A stretch of DNA of 64,000 nt from an uncultured Chlamydiae bacterium (GTDB taxonomy: Bacteria; Chlamydiota; Chlamydiia; Chlamydiales; SM23-39): NCBI GenBank assembly GCA_963730605.1, contig CAVSSM010000009.1, positions 32,001 through 96,000 on the forward strand. The letters are read 5' to 3'. Below the pieces are notes generated by a model. It ran no database searches. It had not been told where the DNA came from and was given only the letters and a program-made list of their open reading frames with translations. This document shows positions 49,825 through 60,590 of the stretch, one piece after another. The stretch's first letter is position 1. Every line of letters starts with the position of its first letter. A program made the translations under genes and the position numbers.

Positions 49825-51504
49825 CTAAGGTTCTATCGAGAACGTCATTTTGATTTTTTTCAAGTTAAAACGGAAAAAGAGGAATCTCTTCGGGATTTTT
49901 TCTTTCTTTACACGTGCAAACATAAGTTTGTAATGAAGACGCCCAAAAACTTTTTTGTATTCCCCAATGACCTGGACGATATCCGTTTTCTTATGAAAAA
50001 AAAGACAAATCGTGTTGTTTTGCTCCTGAAATTTTTTGGCTGTTTGGTCAAATTCCGTTCCCGGAGGAATAATCCGGATTGAATCCACAAGACCGTTAAA
50101 CCAGGGAAAGTGTCTAAGGTAATGATCGGGCAGCAAAACTTTCAATCTTGGAAAATAAGCAAAAAGTAGGATGGCATCCCACCATGAATTGCTTTGCAAA
50201 ATAATTAAATCCGTTTGGCTTGGAATGGGCGATATCATTTCCAATTTTCTAAACCTCTTCAAGATTTTTTGGACGAAAAATGGAAGGAAAAGACTCGAAA
50301 GGCGACCTGTGATTATGATATTAGAAAAGAGAGCTAAAATGCCCATTAAGGCAAATCCGCTTGCCGCGCTAAAGCCTAACTTTTCGCTGATGAAATATAA
50401 ACAAAAAGCCGCTAGAAGAACACCGACAAAACTAAAAAAGTTCGCGGCGGCAATGACCTGCCCCCGTTTTTCATCCGGAGCGTTGACTTGGATGAAAGAA
50501 TCGAAAGGAATGAGGAAACCCCCGCCTACGATTCCTAATAAAGCAAGGCTGATGATTGAGCAAGTCAATGAAGAAGAAAAAAACGAAAGCGTAAAGAAAA
50601 ATAGGGCTATAAAAAATCCCGAGATACAAGAAATACCCGGTTCGACCTTATCTTTCGAGAGCTGCCCGGCTAATACTGCGCCAATGGCAATCCCCACCGC
50701 AGTCGCTAAAAAGAGATACCCACCCCCTACTTCGGTTAAATGGAGCGATTGCATTGCAAAGGGAATGATGTTGAGTTGAGTATATGCGCCGATGAAGAGG
50801 AAGAATGCAGAAGAGAATACAGCCGTTAAAAGATGAGGAACCTTCCAGTTTGTTTTGAGCGTCTGATAGATCTCGTAAAGAAAAAATGGGTTGATCTTCT
50901 TTGGAGACCGCTGTGGGGCTGTTTTCTTAATTCCCAAACTGGTGCATAGGCCTACGATCGCAATCAGAACGCAAAACATAGATTCGAAGACGAAATTTTT
51001 ATCTGTTATATCGGTGATAAAAGAAGCGAGAAACGTACCCAGAATGATCGCTAAGTAGGTAAAGGAAGTCATCGACCCGTTTGCTTTAGAAACTCTTTTT
51101 TCTTCGACGAGCTCCGGTATGATGCCGTACTTGGAAGGGCCGAAAAGAGCGCTTTGACCTGCCATGCAGAAAAGACATGTAAAAGCGCCAAATTCCGATT
51201 GCAGATAAACAGAGAGGACAGCAAATAGCATGATCACTACTTCCAAAACCTTAGTAATCACAATAATCGTTCTTTTGCTGATCTTATCCGCTAAAACTCC
51301 TGCGCCCGATGAGAAAAGAAGAAAGGGGATGACGAAGATCGCCCCCGCAAGAGAAAGGATGGTTGGAGCGTACGCTGCCCCTTTTACATAGATAAAAAGG
51401 TAGATCACTAGAAGCTTGAAGATGTTATCGTTCAAGGCTCCGAGAAATTGGGTCGCGTTCAGAAGATAAAAGGATCGAAAATCGCTTTTGAAAAGCCAAC
51501 GCAT
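49825..51504 (-). CDS. LplT/Aas-like MFS transporter with a degenerate C-terminal domain
   Basis: TQFLGALNDNIFK, ALFGPSKYGIIPE. Confidence 0.85.
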   Translation of the reverse strand: MRWLFKSDFRSFYLLNATQFLGALNDNIFKLLVIYLFIYVKGAAYAPTILSLAGAIFVIPFLLFSSGAGVLADKISKRTIIVITKVLEVVIMLFAVLSVYLQSEFGAFTCLFCMAGQSALFGPSKYGIIPELVEEKRVSKANGSMTSFTYLAIILGTFLASFITDITDKNFVFESMFCVLIAIVGLCTSLGIKKTAPQRSPKKINPFFLYEIYQTLKTNWKVPHLLTAVFSSAFFLFIGAYTQLNIIPFAMQSLHLTEVGGGYLFLATAVGIAIGAVLAGQLSKDKVEPGISCISGFFIALFFFTLSFFSSSLTCSIISLALLGIVGGGFLIPFDSFIQVNAPDEKRGQVIAAANFFSFVGVLLAAFCLYFISEKLGFSAASGFALMGILALFSNIIITGRLSSLFLPFFVQKILKRFRKLEMISPIPSQTDLIILQSNSWWDAILLFAYFPRLKVLLPDHYLRHFPWFNGLVDSIRIIPPGTEFDQTAKKFQEQNNTICLFFHKKTDIVQVIGEYKKVFGRLHYKLMFARVKKEKIPKRFLFFRFNLKKIKMTFSIEP

Positions 51505-51637
51505 TAAAACCGTAATATTCTGAAAAACAAATGGTTAGGGTTTTTTTATGATTTAACGTCTCATCTTGGTTCTCTGCCTAATGCAAGGGTATCTGCTCCA
51601 AGGCGCTCTTGCAACAGAAAAAAGCTGCAATAGTGCA

Positions 51638-51936
51638 TATACACAAACAACTTCAAAAATTGGTTTCTGCCTTCGTCGGGCAGCCACTGCCTTTGAACCC
51701 GCCTGCACCCCACCCCAAAGACGTTGCGTCTTCGGGGACCCCGGCGCTCAACTTTTTCAAGTTGAGCTGCAACGGCCCACCCCAAAAACGATGCGTTTTT
51801 GGGGACCCCGGACCCGGCATCGGCAAAGCCTGGCTCAAATTCAGAGCTGCTTCCCTTGAAAAAGCTCGAACCCCCGAGCTTTTTCAAGTGTCCGCAGCCT
51901 TGGCATATTCCCAATTTTTGAAGTCATTTGTGTATA
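51638..51936. mobile_element. Palindromic MITE-like element, family A (299 bp, modular)
   Basis: TIRs TATACACAAACAACTTCAAAAATTGG / CCAATTTTTGAAGTCATTTGTGTATA; interior homologous to 18729-18914 with extra hairpins. Confidence 0.88.
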
Positions 51937-51944
51937 CTTAACTT

Positions 51945-54818
51945 ATGTCCAAACTATTCCTCAGTCATCGGCTCGATCTTCTCGCGGAGCGCTTGGCCAA
52001 AGAATTAGTTAATGATGGGCTCGGGATTTTTACGCCACGGATCATCGTCGTCCCTAATAGCTCCCTTAAAACATGGATTTTGATCCAGATTGCAAATCGG
52101 ACGGCTGTTAAGGGCATTGCCGGATGCAAAGCAATCACTCTGGAAGAAGCTCTAGAGACTCTGTTTGCCCCTTCGGGGTTCACTGAGATTTTTTGTTCTC
52201 TATTCCAAGCGCTTGCCAGTTGCCAAAGCAGGGAAGTCCGTGCCTATTTAGATCAGTCGCCTCGCCGCATCGTCGAACTTTCCAATCGGTTAGCCGGGCT
52301 ATTCATTCGCTATGGGAGTTTTTGTCCCTCTCTTTTCGAAAAGAGAGCCACTACAGAGGGGTGGCAAAAGGAACTCATCCAAAAGCTTTTCATCTCTGAT
52401 GAATTGCGTTTACCCGTTCAAATGGCACCTAATTTTACGAAACCGATTCATTGTTTTGGCTTTGATTATCTCCCCTCTGCTATCTGGCAGTTATTCAACT
52501 TTAGTTCCATTTACTTATTTTCCCCCTGCTGCCACTTTTGGGAGGATCTTTGCACGGATCGGGAAAGAATTCGGCTTGGGCACTACTGGAAGCAAAAAGG
52601 AGCATCCGATAAGAAACGGGAAGAGTTGGATGCCTATCTCAAAAGCGCCCCGACTCTTCTTGCCAATTGGGGAAAAGCAGGAAGGGAGACGTTGAAAATT
52701 CTCGATTCGGTCGCAGACGACATCGAGCAAGATCATAGGCCGATCGGCACTCAGCGAGATTCTACGCTATCCAGGCTCCAGAAAAGGCTTCTTAACTTCC
52801 GCTTAGAAGAGATGAACCGCTTTCCCGTTGATTCGTCTATTCAAATTTCAAAAACCGGCTCCTCCCTTTTGATGGAAGTCGAGCATTTACGGAGTTCCAT
52901 CTTACGGTTGATCGAAGAAGAGGGCCTACATTATTCCGACATCGCCGTTTTCGCGCCGGATATCCAGCCCTACGCTCCTTTGATCGAGCTCGTGTTTTCC
53001 GATATTCCTTTTCGGATTTCCGGAGTGGAAATTGGATCGAAGAGTTTTTTTTATCAAGGAATGCACCGGTTTTTTGAGCTCGACTGGAACTCTGAAGACC
53101 TCATCGCTCTCTTTAAAAATCCCTCATTTTGCAGGGCAAGAGATTGGGATCTAGATATTTTGCAGTTGTTTCAAGAATGGCTTCTTATCCCCAATTTCGA
53201 AACCGTTGCAATAGATCGGTTCGTCTACCTCTTTCCAGAAGAAAAGAAACGGATCTCAAGCGCTCAAGCAGACGCTCTAGAACAATTTATCGAGATCTGT
53301 CTGGCCATTAGGTCAGATCTCGCATCGTTCAGTCAGCCGCGAACTTTGTCCGACTGGTCGAAGTGGCTCTTGCCTCTTCTCCAAAAATATTTTTCACCCG
53401 ACCTATCGAATGAGGCAGATGCCGCGGCGTGGACTTTTTTCCAACAAACGATGAGAGAACTGAAGAAAGCGGATAGGGATGGCCGCTTGTTTCCCTTTGC
53501 TCCCATTCAAGCCCTTTTAAAACGATCGATTCCCCGCCGTCACGTCCATGCTACCCATCTCCATGCCGTAAGGTTTGGCTCTATTACGGAGGGTGCCTTT
53601 CCTCCAGTTAAAGCGCTATTTTTGATCGGAATGGATGAAGAGAGTTTCCCTCGTCGTTTTTCCACTTCTTCATTGGATTTGCTTAAATTTGAAAACATTT
53701 ATCCTTTTGGCTCCATTGATCAAGACCGCTATCTGTTTTTACAAGCTCTCTTTGCAGCCAATGAATTTATCTATTTTAGCTATTCGCATCTCTCGCGTGA
53801 AGGAAATCCCCTCAACCCTACCCCTCTGATCGCTGAATTGATTCGCAGCCTCGATGCCCCAATCAAAGAAAACCATGCCTTCCTTGTATCTGATCGTTCT
53901 TCCTCAACACATGCGTTTCATTGGCCGTCCGCCCCCTCTCACGCATTGCCTGAAGGGAAACGTTCGGTTTCCCTTTCCGATCTCTCCTCTTTGGCTCGGC
54001 ACCCATGGGCCTTTTATCTCAAAAACCAATTAGGGATCCGCTTTGATGGGCCAGAGCTCAAGTCGTTTTCAAGGCAAAAAGCAAAACTTCTCAGGGCCGG
54101 GTTGCAAAGCCCTCTGCAAAATATTTTAACCGAACTTCCGTCGGGAATTTGCAAAGAAGCCCTCACAATTGACGTGGAGGAGAGTTCGAAGAAATGGGCC
54201 GATTTAATTCGCCTCTGGGATGTTTTGGTTGAGCCTGTTTCTTTTAGGATGTGCGTGAGAGAAAAGAGGAGCGGGAAGAATGGATGGGAATTCCCTGGTT
54301 TGGAGCTGGATGTTGGCCCCAGTTTGCATGTAACAATAACCGGCGAAGTGAAAACATTTTCCACGAAGGGATTCATTCATGCCGGAAATGACAGCCTGGA
54401 AGGGCTCCTAGCGGTGTGGCCTGAATGTTTAGCCGCTTTGGTTGCTGCAGGCCAGCGGGAAGTTTATTGTTTGAAAAGCGGCAAAACCAGGACCGTCGAT
54501 CGCCCCGAAAACGCCCTGAAGGCATTTATTTCCTACTACTTTCTTTCTCAATCCGCTCCTTCGCCTCTTCTTACCGATTGGGCCGATCCCATTTTGCAAA
54601 AAGCCTTAAGCGAGTGGGAAAAAAAGATCGAAGACAAACTATTGGGGAAGGGGGTTCGGTTCGAAGATTGCGTCTGGGATTGGGTGATAGGCAGGGTGGA
54701 TTTGCCGCCAGCCGCCAGCTGGTTCGAGGGGTGGGGCATGGTTTTACGCGAGCATTTTTCAGAATTGACGGCGATCTATCCGGCGCGGGAGGTACGATGC
54801 AGACATTTAATGTCTTAA
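51945..54818 (+). CDS. recC: Exodeoxyribonuclease V gamma subunit
   Basis: SHRLDLLA, SPCCHFWED, LLANWGK, DQDRYLFLQAL; precedes recB and recD. Confidence 0.9.
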   Translation: MSKLFLSHRLDLLAERLAKELVNDGLGIFTPRIIVVPNSSLKTWILIQIANRTAVKGIAGCKAITLEEALETLFAPSGFTEIFCSLFQALASCQSREVRAYLDQSPRRIVELSNRLAGLFIRYGSFCPSLFEKRATTEGWQKELIQKLFISDELRLPVQMAPNFTKPIHCFGFDYLPSAIWQLFNFSSIYLFSPCCHFWEDLCTDRERIRLGHYWKQKGASDKKREELDAYLKSAPTLLANWGKAGRETLKILDSVADDIEQDHRPIGTQRDSTLSRLQKRLLNFRLEEMNRFPVDSSIQISKTGSSLLMEVEHLRSSILRLIEEEGLHYSDIAVFAPDIQPYAPLIELVFSDIPFRISGVEIGSKSFFYQGMHRFFELDWNSEDLIALFKNPSFCRARDWDLDILQLFQEWLLIPNFETVAIDRFVYLFPEEKKRISSAQADALEQFIEICLAIRSDLASFSQPRTLSDWSKWLLPLLQKYFSPDLSNEADAAAWTFFQQTMRELKKADRDGRLFPFAPIQALLKRSIPRRHVHATHLHAVRFGSITEGAFPPVKALFLIGMDEESFPRRFSTSSLDLLKFENIYPFGSIDQDRYLFLQALFAANEFIYFSYSHLSREGNPLNPTPLIAELIRSLDAPIKENHAFLVSDRSSSTHAFHWPSAPSHALPEGKRSVSLSDLSSLARHPWAFYLKNQLGIRFDGPELKSFSRQKAKLLRAGLQSPLQNILTELPSGICKEALTIDVEESSKKWADLIRLWDVLVEPVSFRMCVREKRSGKNGWEFPGLELDVGPSLHVTITGEVKTFSTKGFIHAGNDSLEGLLAVWPECLAALVAAGQREVYCLKSGKTRTVDRPENALKAFISYYFLSQSAPSPLLTDWADPILQKALSEWEKKIEDKLLGKGVRFEDCVWDWVIGRVDLPPAASWFEGWGMVLREHFSELTAIYPAREVRCRHLMS

Positions 54819-57800
54819 GCGCCGCCTGCCCCATTTTCGGACCTCATCTTCTTGAGGCATCTGCTGGAACGGGAAAGACTTTTTCCATTGAACATGTGGT
54901 CGTTCGCCTACTCCTTCAATCGGAAGAGCTTGGTATTGAACATGTCTTAGCAGTGACCTTCACCCGCGCAGCCACTAGAGACCTAAAAAGACGAATACGG
55001 GCCAATCTTGAAGAAGCCCATTTTCGGATTCAGTCGGGCACAAAGGGATGGGAATATTTAGAGCCTTATCTGGGCTCCCAGCAGGCAGCCAGAAAATTGA
55101 GCGATGCAAGTTCGGCTTTCGATCAATGTCAGATTTTTACAATCCACGGTTTTTGCCATCGGATGCTTCAAGAATTCGCTTTCGAGGCGTCGGAAGGGTT
55201 TTCCTTGCAAGATCCCGATCGAGCGGCCTTAGTTCCAAAGCGGATCGCCCGCGAAGCGAAAAAGTTTCTTGAAACTGGAATCGGCCCCGACCAACTCTGT
55301 CCGGAGCAAATGGCTTGTCTTCTCAAACACTATGATTCTTTAGAAGAGATCGTCCAGGATTTGCTGAAGAGAAAGAGGATAAGCGCCGCGCCCCCTTTTG
55401 CCACTCTTCTCGAACGCTACCTGGCTCTTTTGAGAGCGCCAGTCGACGAATCGGCGCTTTTGGAGGCATTCCGCCAGATTCAACCCAGTTTTAAAGTTGA
55501 AGTGAAAGGCGATTTTGAGAGCCAGATCAAAGCATTAGCCCTGGCCCAAGAAAAACCCGTCCATTCTTTACGGCAGCTGATCAAAGAGCAAGGCTCTCTT
55601 TTTGCCTTTCTCGCTCCCTCGAATCGGAAAGTGAAAGCCAAAATAGAAGTTCCTGAATTTTTCAATTGGGCATGTATGGCGATCGGCCCTCTCATTCAGG
55701 AAGCGATCGACCGTAAAAAAATTCTCGGCTGCTTGCAAGCTGCATGGAAAAAGATCGAAGAGCCGCTCCTGAGAGAAGAGCAGTGGTATGAGCCCGATGA
55801 GATCTTGAAGCGGATGAGATCGGCTGTCGATAGCGATCCTTTTTCGTCTGCCATTCGAAAAAAATATAGAGCTGTCATCGTCGATGAATTCCAAGATACC
55901 GACCCAATGCAGTGGGAGATTTTCAAAATTCTCTTTTTGAAGGGACAACCGCCACTGCATGCCCTTTATCTTGTTGGCGACCCAAAGCAATCGATCTACC
56001 GGTTCAGAAAAGCCGACATTTATACATATTTTGAAGCTCGCAGCCTACTCGGGCCCTCCTCACTTTTTTGTCTTGATACCAACTACCGCTCCTCTTCGAA
56101 GATGATCCGTGCGCTCAACGCTCTTTTCGATCGAAATTGGCTCCCCTTGCCGAAGCTCGGCGCTTCAATCCCCTGTCCCGCCGTTAAATCTTCTTCGAAA
56201 ATCAAGGATCTTCCCGATGCTTTGGGGGCGGTGCATTTCATCGCAGGCTCTTCTTTCGAAAAAGGCTGGCTCCCTTATGCTGTTTCGGAAATCGAAAGGC
56301 TCCGGGCATTCGTCGAATCTCCTTCTTCATTTGCCGTTTTGGTAAAAGACCGTCATCAAGCGGAAACCGCCCTACGCTTGTTCCAAGAGCGATCGATCCC
56401 CGCCATTGCCAAAAGCCATATCCCGCTAGGTAAGACACTTGCATTTCAATCTGTCCGCGAACTCATCAAAGCGCTTGATGGCTCTAGAGATAGCTGTTTA
56501 AGCAGGATCGTGGCTGCAGGCCCCTTCAGGACGATAGCCTTAAGCGATGCCCGCTCTATTTTAGACAGCCAAGGATTCATCCCATTTTGCAGGCAAATGA
56601 TTGCCTCGAACGCTGGCGCGTGGGAGTTCCGGCAGGACTTATCGCAAGTCATCGAAGAGCTATTGGCATTCGTTGGGAATGCTGGATTCTCTTTTGAAGG
56701 ACTCCTCAGGTTTTTGGACGAGTTCGAGCGGCTCGACCCGGATGTTGGAGGACGGAGGAGGATCGAGACGGATACTGAGGCGGTCCAGATCCTTACCCTG
56801 CATGTCAGCAAAGGCCTCGAATTCGATATCGTCTTTGCACTCGGATTGGCAACTCGGCAGCCTGAATCGGAAGATCCTGAAGAAGCATCGGCTGAAAAAC
56901 TCAGACAGCTCTATGTGGCTATGACCCGTGCTAAAAGACGCCTTTACGTTCCCATTGCCACGAGCGAAAAGGGGCGCGGGTCTTTCTCTCCCATGGAGAT
57001 CTTCTGTCAAATCCTTGAAACTCAAGAAGGACCCCTCCTTCCCTTTTTCGAAAAATCCGAGAGCATTACCTATGAAACCATCCCCGAGCGGGTAGCTCTT
57101 CCTCAAGGGCCTAAATGCAAGTTTTCGGCCGAGCGCAAGGATTTCCCCCTTCCTTTAGCCCCAATAGTTTCTCCCTGTTTTCTCCATTCATTTACCTCAC
57201 TCGCACAGCCAGGGATAAAACAATTCATCAAGGGAGACGAGTCCTCTCAAATTTTTACCTCTCATACCATTCCAAGAGGGGTCGAGACGGGAATCCTGAT
57301 CCATCAAATTTTCGAGGCCATTTTTGCCGCAACGACTCCGCTCTGGAAAGATCTTCAAGCTGTGGAATCGCTCATTTCCGAGCAATTAAACGGCACCTCC
57401 CTTCTTCCATGGGAAGCGGCCATCAAGGAAATGGTTTGGAAAGCGCTCAACCTTTCCCTGCCCTTGAATTTAGAGACGCCCTTTTCTTTGATCGAACTTA
57501 GCCCTGGGCAATTTCAGGCGGAGATGGAATTTCTTTTTTCTCAGCCGCCTCATTATATCAAGGGCTATATCGATCTCGTCTTTCTTCATAGTGGGAAATT
57601 CTATTTTATCGACTGGAAAACAAATTGGTTAGGGCCTGATGATGCAGCCTATCTCTCCTTGAACGAAGTGATGACGGAGCACGATTATTGGCTTCAGGCA
57701 AAGCTTTATGGAAGCGCCCTTCAACGACATGTAAAGCGGTTTTACATACAACCTTTCGAAGAAATTTTTGGCGGAGCTATCTACCTGTTCTTGCGAGGAG

Positions 57801-57844
57801 GAAAAGTATGCCATTTCAAGCCGGATTTGGATGAATGCATATGA
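54797..57844 (+). CDS. recB: Exodeoxyribonuclease V beta subunit
   Basis: EASAGTGKT, DEFQDTD, GDPKQSIYRFR, GYIDL...DWKTN; ATG after GGAGG. Confidence 0.95.
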   Translation: MQTFNVLSAACPIFGPHLLEASAGTGKTFSIEHVVVRLLLQSEELGIEHVLAVTFTRAATRDLKRRIRANLEEAHFRIQSGTKGWEYLEPYLGSQQAARKLSDASSAFDQCQIFTIHGFCHRMLQEFAFEASEGFSLQDPDRAALVPKRIAREAKKFLETGIGPDQLCPEQMACLLKHYDSLEEIVQDLLKRKRISAAPPFATLLERYLALLRAPVDESALLEAFRQIQPSFKVEVKGDFESQIKALALAQEKPVHSLRQLIKEQGSLFAFLAPSNRKVKAKIEVPEFFNWACMAIGPLIQEAIDRKKILGCLQAAWKKIEEPLLREEQWYEPDEILKRMRSAVDSDPFSSAIRKKYRAVIVDEFQDTDPMQWEIFKILFLKGQPPLHALYLVGDPKQSIYRFRKADIYTYFEARSLLGPSSLFCLDTNYRSSSKMIRALNALFDRNWLPLPKLGASIPCPAVKSSSKIKDLPDALGAVHFIAGSSFEKGWLPYAVSEIERLRAFVESPSSFAVLVKDRHQAETALRLFQERSIPAIAKSHIPLGKTLAFQSVRELIKALDGSRDSCLSRIVAAGPFRTIALSDARSILDSQGFIPFCRQMIASNAGAWEFRQDLSQVIEELLAFVGNAGFSFEGLLRFLDEFERLDPDVGGRRRIETDTEAVQILTLHVSKGLEFDIVFALGLATRQPESEDPEEASAEKLRQLYVAMTRAKRRLYVPIATSEKGRGSFSPMEIFCQILETQEGPLLPFFEKSESITYETIPERVALPQGPKCKFSAERKDFPLPLAPIVSPCFLHSFTSLAQPGIKQFIKGDESSQIFTSHTIPRGVETGILIHQIFEAIFAATTPLWKDLQAVESLISEQLNGTSLLPWEAAIKEMVWKALNLSLPLNLETPFSLIELSPGQFQAEMEFLFSQPPHYIKGYIDLVFLHSGKFYFIDWKTNWLGPDDAAYLSLNEVMTEHDYWLQAKLYGSALQRHVKRFYIQPFEEIFGGAIYLFLRGGKVCHFKPDLDECI
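57730..57746. repeat. 17-bp palindrome TGTAAAGCGGTTTTACA (parS-like, copy 5, in recB)
   Basis: Identical to copy 3. Confidence 0.85.
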
Positions 57845-59382
57845 CTGAATTGAGGCCGCTCGATCGAATTTTTGCCGATACGATTCTTAAAAATGCGGGG
57901 GTGCATTCCGAGGAAGCGGCACTGGCGGTGGGTCGTCTGATGCGAGGGGCAAGAGCGGGGCACCTCTGCCTGAGTATTGAGGAGCTCGGGCCGGGCATTG
58001 AATTGCTTCCTCTTTCGATCGTAAACGAGGGAAATACTCTTTTCCCTAAAGTCCCTATAGTCCGAGACGGCGATCGCTATTATCTGCAAAAAAATTGGGT
58101 TTACGAATCCTATATCCTGCAACATACGCTTCGGCTTCGAAAAAGCAGGACGCCGCTCTTTTTCGATAAAGATGTTTTTGAAGAGAGGCTCTCCTCCAAC
58201 CTTCTCTCGCTTTTGCCCTGCCAAGCCGCTGCCATTCGTGCGAGTCTAGATCAACCCTTATCGATCATCTGCGGAGGGCCTGGAACGGGGAAAACCTATA
58301 CCGCCGCGCACCTTGTGAAACTTCTTTTTGCAGCTCTGAAGAGAGAAGAAAAAAAAGAACTGCGGGTTTGCGCGGCTGCCCCTACCGGAAAAGCCGCATC
58401 GCACCTGCAATCCAAACTAACGGATAGAACCTTCGAGTCGAAAGTGCAGATCGAAGCCTCCACACTTCATAGGCTCTTGAAACTCCAGCCAGGAGGCAAC
58501 CGTCTCTTCGCAAACGGCTCCATCGATGCGGATCTCGTCATCGTCGACGAAGCCTCGATGATCGACGTTCCTCTTCTTGCCCACCTCCTGGAAGCGATCG
58601 GAGAGGACACCCTCCTTGTCTTGGTCGGAGATCCCGATCAGCTTCCTCCTGTCGATTCAGGAAGTCTATTCTCTGAGATGGGGTCTCTTTTCGGAGTGTA
58701 TCTGTCGCAATGCGTCCGGACGGAAGATCAAAGTTTGCAGCGATTGGCCGAGGCTGTAAAGCAGGGCGATGCAGAACGATTTTTTGCCCAGGTTGACTTT
58801 GAGAGCTCCGAAATCTTATCCGCCGAAGAGTTGTATTCCAAGATCGATCCTATCCTTTCTCCCATTCAGCCCGATCCAAAGGAATGCTTTGAGAAATACA
58901 ATAGGTTTAGGATCTTAAATTCGATCCGGCAAGGAACTCAAGGCTCAGATGCAATCAATCGACAAATCTTTCAAAAATTGAAAGAAAGAGGAAAATGGTG
59001 GGCTGCTCCCATCTTAGCGACCGTCAACGATTCATTCAGCGAAATATACAATGGCATGAGCGGTCTATTGATCGGTCAGAGTCAGCGCTCATCTGAGGCT
59101 TATTTCCCGGATCCGTTCACAGGAGAGCTGCGCCGCTTTTCATCGATTCCATCCTACGAGCTTGCCTTTTGTCTTTCAGTGCACAAAGCCCAAGGAAGCG
59201 AATTCGAAGAGACCATCGCCCTTTTCCCGGAAGGGAGCGAGAACTTTGGCCGCGAGTTGCTTTACACGGCACTGACTCGCGCCAAGAATAAAATCTCTAT
59301 CTGCGGGCAAAAGGAAACTTTGCAGAAGATGATCCGCTCTTCTTCTCGTATGATATCGGGATTTTCTAAGAGATTACTATAG
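57835..59382 (+). CDS. recD: Exodeoxyribonuclease V alpha subunit
   Basis: GGPGTGKT, VDEASM, GDPDQL, HKAQGSEF. Confidence 0.95.
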   Translation: MHMTELRPLDRIFADTILKNAGVHSEEAALAVGRLMRGARAGHLCLSIEELGPGIELLPLSIVNEGNTLFPKVPIVRDGDRYYLQKNWVYESYILQHTLRLRKSRTPLFFDKDVFEERLSSNLLSLLPCQAAAIRASLDQPLSIICGGPGTGKTYTAAHLVKLLFAALKREEKKELRVCAAAPTGKAASHLQSKLTDRTFESKVQIEASTLHRLLKLQPGGNRLFANGSIDADLVIVDEASMIDVPLLAHLLEAIGEDTLLVLVGDPDQLPPVDSGSLFSEMGSLFGVYLSQCVRTEDQSLQRLAEAVKQGDAERFFAQVDFESSEILSAEELYSKIDPILSPIQPDPKECFEKYNRFRILNSIRQGTQGSDAINRQIFQKLKERGKWWAAPILATVNDSFSEIYNGMSGLLIGQSQRSSEAYFPDPFTGELRRFSSIPSYELAFCLSVHKAQGSEFEETIALFPEGSENFGRELLYTALTRAKNKISICGQKETLQKMIRSSSRMISGFSKRLL

Positions 59383-59691
59383 GCCTTGGGCCTTGGAACA
59401 GCGGGCTGAGAGGCGTGACTTCGTTCTGGCCGCTTTCTGAGGTTTGAAAACGCCTCGCTTCACTCCCTTGTCGACAATGCTATAAATCTCTTGAAGGTGC
59501 GATTTGATTTTCGCGGCGTCCTCTTTTTGGGCTAGAGCTCCTTCCAGGGATCGGATAGCTGTGTGAACGGACGAGCGGAATGATCGGTTGTTCAGCCTCC
59601 GTTTTTCGCTTTGGAGATCTCTTTTCAATGCGGACGGCCGTTTTGTTTTTTCGTCCTTCTTTTTCTCTTTTGGTGCTTGTGGATCAGCCAT
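59377..59691 (-). CDS. rpsT: 30S ribosomal protein S20
   Basis: SALKRDLQSEKRRLNNRS...KAARTKSRL. Confidence 0.95.
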   Translation of the reverse strand: MADPQAPKEKKKDEKTKRPSALKRDLQSEKRRLNNRSFRSSVHTAIRSLEGALAQKEDAAKIKSHLQEIYSIVDKGVKRGVFKPQKAARTKSRLSARCSKAQGL

Positions 59692-59753
59692 AGTTCCTTC
59701 CTGGATTTTAAATGACAATAGTATAGGCTCTCTCTTATAATTCGTAAAGACTC

Positions 59754-60203
59754 ATGCGGCGACAAAAAATATTTTTCATCTGTCTGGCTGTTCTCGCCTC
59801 CCTTCCCGCAGGCTATTTTTCCTTCCGCACAAGCAGGGCTCTCATCGATTTCTTCACATTCAAGGAAGCGGCGCCCGCTCTTATTTCGCGGTGGGAAATA
59901 AAGGAGACGAAAGGAAAATTTCCTTTAAAAGCCTATTATTCTTTCGAAGCCAATGGAAATGTATGGCAAGGGGCGACTAGGGTTTCAGACCCTTGGAATC
60001 TCAACGAAGCGTCTGCTGTCCTGTCTCTTCAAAAGAAGGCTAAGGAAAACTGGACTGTTTGGTTCAACCCTAACGATCCCTCCAGATCCACTTTGGAAAA
60101 AAAATTTCCGTCGGGGCTCTTGGTTCGCACATCGATCTGTTACGGCGTGATTCTATATTTTATTTTGTTTTTCAGGCGATTTGCAAAACCAATTTATAAT
60201 TGA
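59754..60203 (+). CDS. Two-TM hypothetical protein (DUF3592-like)
   Basis: TM - beta region - VWFNPNDP - TM layout. Confidence 0.65.
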   Translation: MRRQKIFFICLAVLASLPAGYFSFRTSRALIDFFTFKEAAPALISRWEIKETKGKFPLKAYYSFEANGNVWQGATRVSDPWNLNEASAVLSLQKKAKENWTVWFNPNDPSRSTLEKKFPSGLLVRTSICYGVILYFILFFRRFAKPIYN

Positions 60204-60236
60204 TTTATTCGTGCGATTGCTGTTTAATCTTCATGC

Positions 60237-60590
60237 ATGAAATTTCACGATTTGCTTGCGTCGCAAACCTATTTCGAAGTTTCAAATTATGTGTTGCACG
60301 AGAATAGGTTCGAATTCGTAAAAACTTTCTTGTGGGTTCTCGCGGCTCTTCCTTTCGCGCTCGTCTACAAGATGTGGCGAACTCTGCTCAAAGGGGCCGG
60401 TGTTTTGACGATCGGTTTATTTCTAGCCGCTACCTTTGGAATCTCCAAGGGGCTTCGTGAATTGTTTGTCTCCCGCGTCTCTTCTTTTGCGGCCAATCTT
60501 GCAGACTGGGTTCTTTTGCCATTTGCTCTCTCAACCTGTTTGCTCAGGCTTTTTTTGGCATCCGTCATTCACCCATCGTTATTGACTTGA
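60237..60590 (+). CDS. Small hydrophobic hypothetical protein
   Basis: 117 aa with hydrophobic segments; fills the gap. Confidence 0.55.
   Translation: MKFHDLLASQTYFEVSNYVLHENRFEFVKTFLWVLAALPFALVYKMWRTLLKGAGVLTIGLFLAATFGISKGLRELFVSRVSSFAANLADWVLLPFALSTCLLRLFLASVIHPSLLT

Noticed and set aside
18729..51936. CRISPR array or autonomous IS from the repeated palindromes
   Set aside because: No regularly spaced repeats, cas genes or transposase ORF
54425..54796. 124-aa N-terminal extension of recB in the ORF track
   Set aside because: Overlaps recC; the true start MQTFNVL at 54797 follows a GGAGG RBS
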